Source: Acidimicrobiales bacterium (GTDB lineage Bacteria > Actinomycetota > Acidimicrobiia > Acidimicrobiales > UBA8190). Taken from it: a DNA stretch of 64,000 nucleotides. Below the pieces are notes generated by a model. That model was not told the origin of the DNA. It ran no database searches and saw only the letters and a list, made by a program, of their open reading frames with translations. Within the stretch, counting starts at the first letter, position 1. The number at the start of each line of letters is the position of its first letter. Below are positions 57,187 through 64,000 of the stretch, piece after piece. The DNA is taken from contig DAIRBY010000014.1 of the NCBI GenBank assembly GCA_036796975.1, positions 2,793 through 66,792 of the forward strand. The letters run 5' to 3'. The position numbers and the translations under genes are program-made.

Positions 57187-58923
57187 ATGTACGACCTCGT
57201 CATCCGAGGCGGACGGATCGCGGATGGCTCCGGTGGCCCACTCGTCGACGGCGACGTCGCCATCGACGGCGACCGCATCAGTGCCGTGGGCAGGGTCGAC
57301 GGGCGGGCCCGACGCCAGATCGACGCCGAAGGGCTCCTCGTCACCCCGGGCTGGGTCGACGTGCACACCCACTACGACGGCCAGGTCACCTGGGACCCCG
57401 AGGTGTCGCCATCGGGATGGCACGGCGTCACCACCGTGGTGGTCGGCAACTGCGGCGTCGGGTTCGCCCCCGTGCGCCCGGCCGAGCGTGACTGGGTCAT
57501 CCAGCTCATGGAAGGTGTGGAGGACATCCCCGGTACGGCGCTGGCCGAGGGCATGAGCTGGAACTGGCAGAGCTTCCCGGAGTACCTCGACGAGGTGGCC
57601 GCCATGCCTCGCGTGATGGACGTGGCGGCCATGGTGCCCCACGGAGCACTACGGGCCTTCGTCCTCGGCTGCGACCGCAACAACGACGAAGCCTCGGGTG
57701 AGGAGATCTCCCTCATGGCCAAGGTGGTGGCCGAGGCCGTCGACGCCGGTGCCGTCGGCGTCTCCACCACCCGCACCATCGCCCACATGGCGAAGGACGG
57801 CGAGGCGGCGGCCGGCACCTTCGCCGCCCCTCGAGAGCTCGTCGGCATCGGCGAGGCCCTCGGTGGGGCCGGGCGCCGGGTCTTCTCCGTCGTCACCGAC
57901 CATCTCCTGGGCACCGCCGGGGAGGCCGAATTCGGTTGGATGGCGGAGGTCTCGAGACGCGCCCGGATCCCCGTGACCTACATGGTCATCGACGTGCCCC
58001 TCACACCGGGGGGCTGGCGGACGGCCCTCGGGCGGGGGCTCGCCGCCAACCGTGACGGTGCCTGGCTCGTGCCCCAGGTGGCGGGCAAGCCCGCCTCGCT
58101 CATGGTCGGCTGGGAGTCGACGTACCACCTGTTCTCCGGGCACGAGACCTACAAGCCGCTCGCCTCCTTGCCCCTGGACGAGCGGGTCGGCCGGTTGCGC
58201 CACCCGGACGTGCGACGGGCCATGCTCGACGAGCCGCTCGCCTTCACCAACCTCTTCGTGGGCATCATCCACTCGCAGCTCATGAACGGGAATCTCTTCC
58301 AGCTCGGCGATCCACCCGACTACGAACCGCCGCGAGAGCAGAGCGTCGCCGCCATAGCCGCCGCCCGAGGGGTCCCGGCTCTCGAGCTCGCCTACGACCT
58401 CATGCTCGAACGCGACGGCCGCGAGCTCCTCTACACACCGCTCCTCGGGTACACAGAGGGCGACATGCACGCCTTGCGCGAGCTGCTCGTGCACCCGTCC
58501 ACTGTCCTTGGGCTCGGCGACGGTGGTGCGCACGTCGGCTTCATCTGCGACGGCAGTCTGCCCACGTTCATGCTGACGCACTGGGCTCGGGACCGCCGTC
58601 GCGGTGAGACCATCCCGCTCGAGCAGGTGGTGCACCTCCAGAGCGAGCGGCCCGCCCGACTGTTCGGTTTCGACGACCGGGGCCGCCTGTCACCAGGGTG
58701 CCTGGCCGACGTGAACGTGATCGACTTCGAAGGCCTGGCCCTGGGCGGCGTGGAGATGGCCTACGACCTCCCCGCCGGCGGCAAGCGCCTCGTCCAACAG
58801 GCGACCGGCTACGTGGCAACCGTCAAGAGCGGGACGGTCGTCCGCCAGGACGACCGCTTCACCGGGGAGCGGCCCGGCGGACTGCTGCGCGGTCCCCAGC
58901 GGGGTCCGCGTCCCGATTCCTGA
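57187..58923 (+). CDS. N-acyl-D-amino-acid deacylase (D-aminoacylase) family amidohydrolase
   Basis: MYDLVIRGGRIADGSGGPLVDGDVAIDGDRI, GWVDVHTHYDGQ, and VVGNCGVGFAP are typical of the family. Confidence 0.85.
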   Translation: MYDLVIRGGRIADGSGGPLVDGDVAIDGDRISAVGRVDGRARRQIDAEGLLVTPGWVDVHTHYDGQVTWDPEVSPSGWHGVTTVVVGNCGVGFAPVRPAERDWVIQLMEGVEDIPGTALAEGMSWNWQSFPEYLDEVAAMPRVMDVAAMVPHGALRAFVLGCDRNNDEASGEEISLMAKVVAEAVDAGAVGVSTTRTIAHMAKDGEAAAGTFAAPRELVGIGEALGGAGRRVFSVVTDHLLGTAGEAEFGWMAEVSRRARIPVTYMVIDVPLTPGGWRTALGRGLAANRDGAWLVPQVAGKPASLMVGWESTYHLFSGHETYKPLASLPLDERVGRLRHPDVRRAMLDEPLAFTNLFVGIIHSQLMNGNLFQLGDPPDYEPPREQSVAAIAAARGVPALELAYDLMLERDGRELLYTPLLGYTEGDMHALRELLVHPSTVLGLGDGGAHVGFICDGSLPTFMLTHWARDRRRGETIPLEQVVHLQSERPARLFGFDDRGRLSPGCLADVNVIDFEGLALGGVEMAYDLPAGGKRLVQQATGYVATVKSGTVVRQDDRFTGERPGGLLRGPQRGPRPDS

Positions 58924-59050
58924 GCCTGCCTTGCCCTGGCGAGATCGACCACCGCCAGCGTGTGATCCGCGAGGCGCCGGAGAAGCCAAGGATCAGAACG
59001 TCGGAGTAGGCGATTCGGATGTCCAAAATCAACAATGACGGGAGGCGGCT

Positions 59051-59809
59051 GTGAGAGACAGCGTGATCAGCGTCGAGGGTATCGCTCCGATCACCCACAA
59101 AGAAGGCATGGCGCTCGCCGAGACCGAGTACCGACGCTACACCGACATGTTGGCCCAACTGCGCCCTGAGCACTGGTCGGAGCAGACGGTAAACACGGAC
59201 TGGAACGTTAAGCAGCTGACCCAACATGTGCTCGGCTTTGCAGAGAGCAACGCGTCCTTCCGCGTGTTCGCCAAAGCCATGCGCGCCGGTAAGAAGCGCG
59301 CGGCCTTGAAGGGTTACGACCACTTCATCCATGGGGTGAACGAAGTGCAAGTCGAGGAGCGTGAGCCCTTGACGACCGAAGAGCTGCTTGCCCAGTGGAA
59401 GAAGACATGGCCGAAAGCACTCAGGGGCCGCCGTCGGTTCCCACCGTTCATGCGGCCGATCCCGCTCGACTTCGGCCCCGTCATCGGTAAGAAACCCATG
59501 GGCTCGTATTTGATGGATGTGGTCTTCACCCGCGACACCTGGATGCACCGGATTGACACCTGCCGGGCAGTGGGTCTCCAGCCGGTGTTGACGCCGGAAC
59601 ACGATGGCAGGTTGATCGAGGACATGGTGGCTGAGTGGACAAAGCTCTACGACCTCTCGATCACCTTGAACCTAGAAGGTCTCGCCGGCGGCACGTACGT
59701 CAGAGGCACGGGCGAAGAGAAACTCACCATCGACGCAGTCGAATGGATCTGGATTCTCTCGGGCCGAGGCACTGGGATCGGCCTGCTCGAGAAGGCTCTT
59801 CCTCTGTAA
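59051..59809 (+). CDS. DinB-fold, maleylpyruvate-isomerase-N-terminal/mycothiol-dependent family protein (TIGR03083-like)
   Basis: 252 aa. GTG start after GGGAGGCGG. WSEQTVNTDWNVKQLTQHVLG and DTWMHRIDTC resemble the DinB-like metal-binding helices. The assignment is from memory. It is the first gene of the lower-GC stretch. Confidence 0.55.
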   Translation: MRDSVISVEGIAPITHKEGMALAETEYRRYTDMLAQLRPEHWSEQTVNTDWNVKQLTQHVLGFAESNASFRVFAKAMRAGKKRAALKGYDHFIHGVNEVQVEEREPLTTEELLAQWKKTWPKALRGRRRFPPFMRPIPLDFGPVIGKKPMGSYLMDVVFTRDTWMHRIDTCRAVGLQPVLTPEHDGRLIEDMVAEWTKLYDLSITLNLEGLAGGTYVRGTGEEKLTIDAVEWIWILSGRGTGIGLLEKALPL

Positions 59810-59899
59810 CGCAGAGCGAGGGGAGGTAGCTCGGGCCCGACCTAGCCGCCCGGGGGGTGCCGGAGAAGGTCGCACCGCCTCGGAGGCATGAATCGCGTG

Positions 59900-60555
59900 C
59901 TACTTCGCTCCGGCGAGTCGCTGGCAAGCTGCCCCGGTGAGAGCACCGACTCCGAGGATCGTCAGTGAGAGCGGGTAGACGACTGTAGCCATGACGAAGA
60001 CCGCTGGGACCGAGTACACGGCAACGAAACCAGCAGCACCAACCGATGGGTCGCTCAGGATCAGCCCGATCCCGGCGACGAGCAAGACGACGGGTGGTGC
60101 AACTCCCAGCAGCGGGAGCGCCCGCCAGTGGCTGTGCCACCCGAGCAGACCGCCGACGGCGAGGGTGGCGACGGAGGCGCTGATTTCCAGCGCATACCGC
60201 ATCGGATCGACGTGAGTTCCCAGCCACACACCGCAGGCGGCGGCCATCACGAGCAGCCACAGAACCAGGGGGCGGATGAGCCACGGGGGGATCAGATTCT
60301 CTCCTGCGACGCCCACAGCTTCAGTATCGGCCAGTCGGGTGGTCGCCCTGTAGCGCTGCCGGTACCGGGGCCGACCGCCAGGAGTAGCACCACCGGGTGT
60401 TGGTGGTGGCCACGGTGGCGGTGGGGCCTCAGGGGGTGGCTCGTCGTAGCTCGGAGACCGGCGTCACCGACACGCCCGGTTGGCTGGCCGTCCACGAAGT
60501 ACCGCCCCTCGTGGAGACCGTAGGGGTCCCGTCTCCACCCCGTCCCATCGGTCAC
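59900..60555 (-). pseudogene. DUF2510-domain protein with Pro-rich linker and 4-TM C-terminal domain, split by a frameshift
   Basis: GTG 60555 gives VTDGTGWRRDPYGLHEGRYFVDGQPTGRVGDAG, which fits DUF2510 (GW..DP.G....RY.DG..WT). The plausible continuation SPSYDEPPPEAPPPPWPPPTPGGATPGGRPRYRQRY...IPPWLIRPLVLWLLVMAAA... is in another frame and runs into the 138-aa membrane ORF (59900..60316). The shift lies between about 60440 and 60463. Confidence 0.5.
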
Positions 60556-60701
60556 TTCGGTCGCCCCACGGTCGAGATCGCCGTCACAGTAGTCAGCTCT
60601 ACACGTGGATCGAGCTCCCCACTGGCATCTCTCAGGGTGAAGAAGGCTAGGCGGCGGGTTCGCGCAAGAACAGCCACCCGGAGGAGTTCTTCTGGCCGAC
60701 G

Positions 60702-61235
60702 ATGAAGGGGATCAACGGACAGAGGTTGGTGACCAGCTTGCGACGCGCCGCCCTGGCACCAATTGTGCTCATGGCTGCGGCATGTGGCACTACGACCGGC
60801 CATGCCCTGGTCGCTCATTCAGGTGCTTCGACAACCACCGCCCCCGAGGATCCGGCTCAGCTCGTATCGACGATTGAGACCGATTACTCGCTGGCCGTGC
60901 CGAGCCCTATTCCGGCGTGCCCGTCAACTGCAGGCATCTTTCCCCTGACCTGCCTCCAGGGTGAGGATCGAAATCTGGAGCATCTGATGGCGATGTTCGC
61001 ATCGGAGATAGGGGACTTATCCGTTCCCCAAGCGGCAACGGACCTCCGTGACAGCCTGGTAGCGCTTGCTCGTAGCTACTCCTCGGCACGTCTGGCGCTT
61101 GCCGATGCGCCAACTGCTGACCAGTATCAACAAGAGGGAACGGCATTCGTCCAGGCTCACCCCCTCGGGGCCATCACGCAGGGGGTCGACGCCCTCGTCG
61201 CCGCGATTCAATCGTCAGTCGTCGCTCACGCCTAG
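60702..61235 (+). CDS. putative lipoprotein, unknown function
   Basis: Signal peptide with a lipobox: RRAALAPIVLMAAAC-GTT. 177 aa. No family recognised. Confidence 0.55.
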   Translation: MKGINGQRLVTSLRRAALAPIVLMAAACGTTTGHALVAHSGASTTTAPEDPAQLVSTIETDYSLAVPSPIPACPSTAGIFPLTCLQGEDRNLEHLMAMFASEIGDLSVPQAATDLRDSLVALARSYSSARLALADAPTADQYQQEGTAFVQAHPLGAITQGVDALVAAIQSSVVAHA

Positions 61236-61426
61236 GGCTCGTTGTTAGCCTCGCTGGTAGTCGCTGCCATGGCCAGGGGAAGGTCGGCAGGCTCTGGAGC
61301 CAGGCCGATCTGAATCGCGGGCTTGAGGGATATCGGGCAACCCATCGCTGAGGTCCGGCATCCGACTCCGCCACTTCCCGCGCCCGGGCGCACACTGCTG
61401 ATACCGGGCGCTGGCAAGCTGGGGTC

Positions 61427-62047
61427 GTGGGCCGGAAACCCGTGCCGATGTGGGAGTACTACGACCGTCGGGCGGCTCAAGGCGTGCGCGGTGTGAATCA
61501 CGCGGTGGAGTACTGGACCGGCCTCGGAGTCGAGGTCTCCGTCGCTGACATCGAAGCGGAGGCGGACGAGCTGGTCCGCGCTCTGCGTGGCCTGGCGCCG
61601 GCCAGGTTCGTCGAGGTCGGAGCTGGTCCTGGAACCTTCACCGCCCTCCTGCCGGGACGAGGCATTGCCCTCGATCAGAGTGACGCCAGCCTCCGCATCC
61701 TTCTCGCGGGCCCCGCCCAAGTACCGGTTGTGCGAGCTGACGCCCTGTCTCTGCCGATCCCGGACCAAGGGGTTGAGCGGGTCTATGCCACACACATCTA
61801 CGGAATCCTTGGCGCCGAAGACAGGCGAGCCCTCGTGTCGGAGGCGAAGAGAGTGGCTCGTGAACTGGTGATCGTCGACGCCGGTCGGCCTGCCGGGGTA
61901 CCGGCCGAGCACTGGCAGAACCGCACCCTCCCCGACGGAAGCTCCTGGCGGATCCACCGCCGCCATTTCGAGGGGCCAGACCTGGCCGCCGAGGTGGACG
62001 GCGACGTGCTCTTCGCCGGCCGCTTTTATGTGTTGATCGCCGCATAA
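61427..62047 (+). CDS. class I SAM-dependent methyltransferase
   Basis: FVEVGAGPGTFT (motif I GxGxG), ALDQSDASL, and RVYATHIYGIL. The start is GTG 61427 or ATG 61448. Confidence 0.7.
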   Translation: MGRKPVPMWEYYDRRAAQGVRGVNHAVEYWTGLGVEVSVADIEAEADELVRALRGLAPARFVEVGAGPGTFTALLPGRGIALDQSDASLRILLAGPAQVPVVRADALSLPIPDQGVERVYATHIYGILGAEDRRALVSEAKRVARELVIVDAGRPAGVPAEHWQNRTLPDGSSWRIHRRHFEGPDLAAEVDGDVLFAGRFYVLIAA

Positions 62048-62274
62048 GCGGCCGACCGCCCTGGTATCCCGAAGCGACGTCGATCCCGGTCGCCCCTCAT
62101 CTCGGCCATGGAGATCCTGATCGGTACTTTGCGTGCGGTCGGCTCAACCCGTCGAGAGGGCGAGTCGATACTGAGGAGGTAGCTTCGGACAGCACTCCGA
62201 GCGTCTACCGCTCCACCCCATGGTCCACCGGCCTTCGCATCGGGGAAGCCTCAGCCCTGGCCACTGCCATCGCC

Positions 62275-62670
62275 GTGGTCGCCGCATCAGGCCCCGTCTG
62301 GCAAGCGACCATCGTGGCCGTGGCAGGGGCGCTGGTGGTGCTGGTGGCAGTCGCCCGACTCACCCGCTCCCGCCTGATCGTGAGTGCCGACACTGTCACC
62401 GTGCTGGGGCGCTTCAGGGACCGGGAGCTACCGATCACGACGGTCACCGGTGCGAGAGCCAAGCCGACTTGGTACTTGTGGCAGCGAATGGCTTGCCCGG
62501 TGACCCTGTTCCTCACGACAAGGGGCGGCTCAGAGGTCAGAGAGGGAGCCGTCCAGTCCATGATTTGGAATGTCGGGATCGTCCGTCCATCGGTGCAAGC
62601 CGAAGTCGCCCGCAGCTACCCACAACGGGTGGCAAACGAGTTGAACACACGCTTCGCGCACTCTGCCTGA
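62275..62670 (+). CDS. membrane protein with a bacterial PH-like domain; true start probably upstream
   Basis: High-quality coding frame: RLTRSRLIVSADTVTVLGRFRDRELPITTVTGARAKP. The same frame stays open upstream and encodes a further TM-like segment (GEASALATAIAVVAASG), but it has no ATG, GTG or TTG before 62275. Confidence 0.45.
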   Translation: MVAASGPVWQATIVAVAGALVVLVAVARLTRSRLIVSADTVTVLGRFRDRELPITTVTGARAKPTWYLWQRMACPVTLFLTTRGGSEVREGAVQSMIWNVGIVRPSVQAEVARSYPQRVANELNTRFAHSA

Positions 62671-62765
62671 ACCCGTTCGGATATGCACGCCGCTGCGTGA
62701 CCCGAGCGGCCGACCTGGATGCCAGGGGGCGAAGGAACGGAACTTATCGCCCGGTCCCCACCGAG

Positions 62766-63290
62766 TTAGAACCGGAAGCGAGTTAGGCCTCCCGGCTCTT
62801 TGCCTAGCACGACGACGGCCGAGAGCGGGACGACTCGGTACACGCCCCAGGGTGGTGGTCCTTGTGTCGGTGCGTTGAACGGCGCGGTGATACCAGCGCC
62901 GCTCGCATCAGGTTCAGCCGGCCATCCCTGATCTGCCCATGCCTTCGCAGCACGGGCAACGCCGTTGGCATCGGTAACCCGGGCGGCCTGACCTTCTATG
63001 ACCACGTCGGCATCTCGGATGGACACGGCGATCGAACAGCGCGGATCGCGCGCGAGGTTGTGGGCCTTTCGGGTCCCCGCGCCGGTCTGAAACCAGTACG
63101 TGCCGTCGAGCCAGATTGCGCCGATCGGAGTGACGTGCGGACTGCCGTCTTCGTTCACAGTTGCGAGCCACGTCGTACGAGCGTTATGCGCATCGGATGC
63201 CGGCGCCGACCCCAGATCGAGCTTCTCGACGATGGTGCCCCACTCCACCGGCGGCAGCCCGTCTGCTGCACCCAAGTTGATGATCTCCAT
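62766..63290 (-). CDS. pyridoxamine 5'-phosphate oxidase (PPOX/FDOR) family protein
   Basis: 174 aa. TTWLATVNEDGSPHVTPIGAIWLDGTYWFQTGAGTRKAHNLARDPRCSIAV. Confidence 0.7.
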   Translation of the reverse strand: MEIINLGAADGLPPVEWGTIVEKLDLGSAPASDAHNARTTWLATVNEDGSPHVTPIGAIWLDGTYWFQTGAGTRKAHNLARDPRCSIAVSIRDADVVIEGQAARVTDANGVARAAKAWADQGWPAEPDASGAGITAPFNAPTQGPPPWGVYRVVPLSAVVVLGKEPGGLTRFRF

Positions 63291-63372
63291 CGAGTCGTCC
63301 CTTCACAGCTGGGTGGATTCTTGCATCGACCCTTGTCATAGGTCCGACGTGTTCCGGGCAGCAAAGTCATCG

Positions 63373-63395
63373 CCCGCCGGGCGGCGCCCGGCGGG
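63373..63395 (-). terminator. GC-rich hairpin downstream of the gene at 63532..63828
   Basis: CCCGCCGGG-CGGCG-CCCGGCGGG (perfect 9-bp stem, 5-nt loop). On the minus strand it is followed by CGATGACTTTGC, a weak T tract. Confidence 0.35.
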
Positions 63396-63531
63396 ATGCG
63401 TGGGGTGCCGAGGCAACCGCTCGCAACTGGCGGTTTCTTCGCCCCTTGGGATGCACGCCCCGGGCCAGGTTGGGAGGCCGGAACTCGGTCGCCGGGCGAG
63501 GCAGGGGGCGATGTAGCGAGACTTGACCGCC

Positions 63532-63828
63532 CTAGTCAGCCAGGTTCCTCGTCCGTCGTTGGCGGCGATCGAGGACCGTCCGCCGCGCGAGAACGAGCCA
63601 GCAGAGGACGGCCACGCCGGACAGGATCGCCGGGACCGGGTGACCAAGCAGTATGGAGGCCCCGACGGCAGACCCGAAGGCCGTGAGATTCGCCGCGACG
63701 TCGTAGACGGGGGCGATGAATCGCTGGTTCACCACATGGGCGACAGCTATGAGGAGGCCACACGCGAAGGTCACGGACAGGAGGACGCCGACCACGGTCG
63801 CAGTCTGGCCGAAACCCCGCCTGATCAA
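63532..63828 (-). CDS. small membrane protein
   Basis: 98 aa with a TTG start and three hydrophobic segments (TATVVGVLLSVTFACGLLIAVA, AFGSAVGASILLG, ILSGVAVLCWLVLA). No family recognised. Confidence 0.4.
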   Translation of the reverse strand: MIRRGFGQTATVVGVLLSVTFACGLLIAVAHVVNQRFIAPVYDVAANLTAFGSAVGASILLGHPVPAILSGVAVLCWLVLARRTVLDRRQRRTRNLAD

Positions 63829-63960
63829 CCGGCACCAACGGTGGCACGAGCAGAAATGACGGCACTCGGGCGGGCCGAACTGGCCTCGCAGACCGACCGG
63901 GGCATCCGGTAACGCTCCGAACCGACCCTTCGGGTCATGCCTGGGTTACACGCTCTGAGA

Positions 63961-63991
63961 GCAAGGCGCTCGGCAGTGCCGAGCGCCTTGC
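63961..63991. other. perfect 15-bp-arm palindrome/hairpin at the window edge
   Basis: GCAAGGCGCTCGGCA-G-TGCCGAGCGCCTTGC. There is no flanking T tract. It could be a terminator for a gene beyond the window or a protein-binding palindrome. Confidence 0.3.
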
Positions 63992-64000
63992 CAGCGGCTC

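Noticed and set aside
60582-60608. CGTCACA heptamer ~100 nt upstream of the lipoprotein gene in the lower-GC stretch.
   Set aside because: The box 16 nt downstream is GTGG, and no spacing from 15 to 17 nt gives (C/G)GTC. It is probably a chance half-site.

Overview
This is a 64-kb, roughly 70% GC chromosomal segment. It looks most like an Actinomycetota genome: it has mycothiol/F420-type enzyme families, WS/DGAT, PepA/Mtb32A-like proteases, and SigG- and SigI/J-like ECF sigma factors. I call about 60 protein genes. I recognised no rRNA, tRNA, CRISPR array, transposase or integrase. Housekeeping and recognisable genes include cysS, valS, cspA, msrA, rtcB, tag, a PBP transpeptidase, acyl-CoA dehydrogenase, WS/DGAT, a cytochrome P450, a PiT phosphate transporter, a CPA2 antiporter-USP fusion, a PadR-controlled MacB-type ABC exporter and three S1C/PDZ proteases. 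The window is dense in regulators: one group-2-like sigma, one SigG-like ECF, two SigI/J-like ECFs with fused C-terminal domains, and one decayed ECF remnant, with no recognisable anti-sigma factor. I found no canonical defence island, BGC or mobile element. The observations most worth follow-up are listed here. (1) GTCACA-N16-(C/G)GTC promoter motifs sit exactly at both SigI/J-like ECF loci. (2) An RHH protein is translationally coupled to a cytoplasmic HtrA/PDZ protease. (3) An MFS exporter is fused to a MarR-like domain. (4) Short tandem duplications lie exactly on gene junctions (14 nt x4 and 20 nt x3). (5) Three genes are frame-disrupted (DUF3565, a DUF2510 membrane protein, the ECF remnant), and a hydrolase ORF runs 436 nt antisense into valS. 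(6) A lower-GC (~61-63%) accessory stretch runs from ~58.9 kb to the window end. (7) An unannotated STAS-like small ORF lies near a GAF-PP2C phosphatase and the sigma genes. All calls were made by eye from the sequence and the ORF track. No searches were run, so family names are recognitions from memory and start codons are often uncertain.
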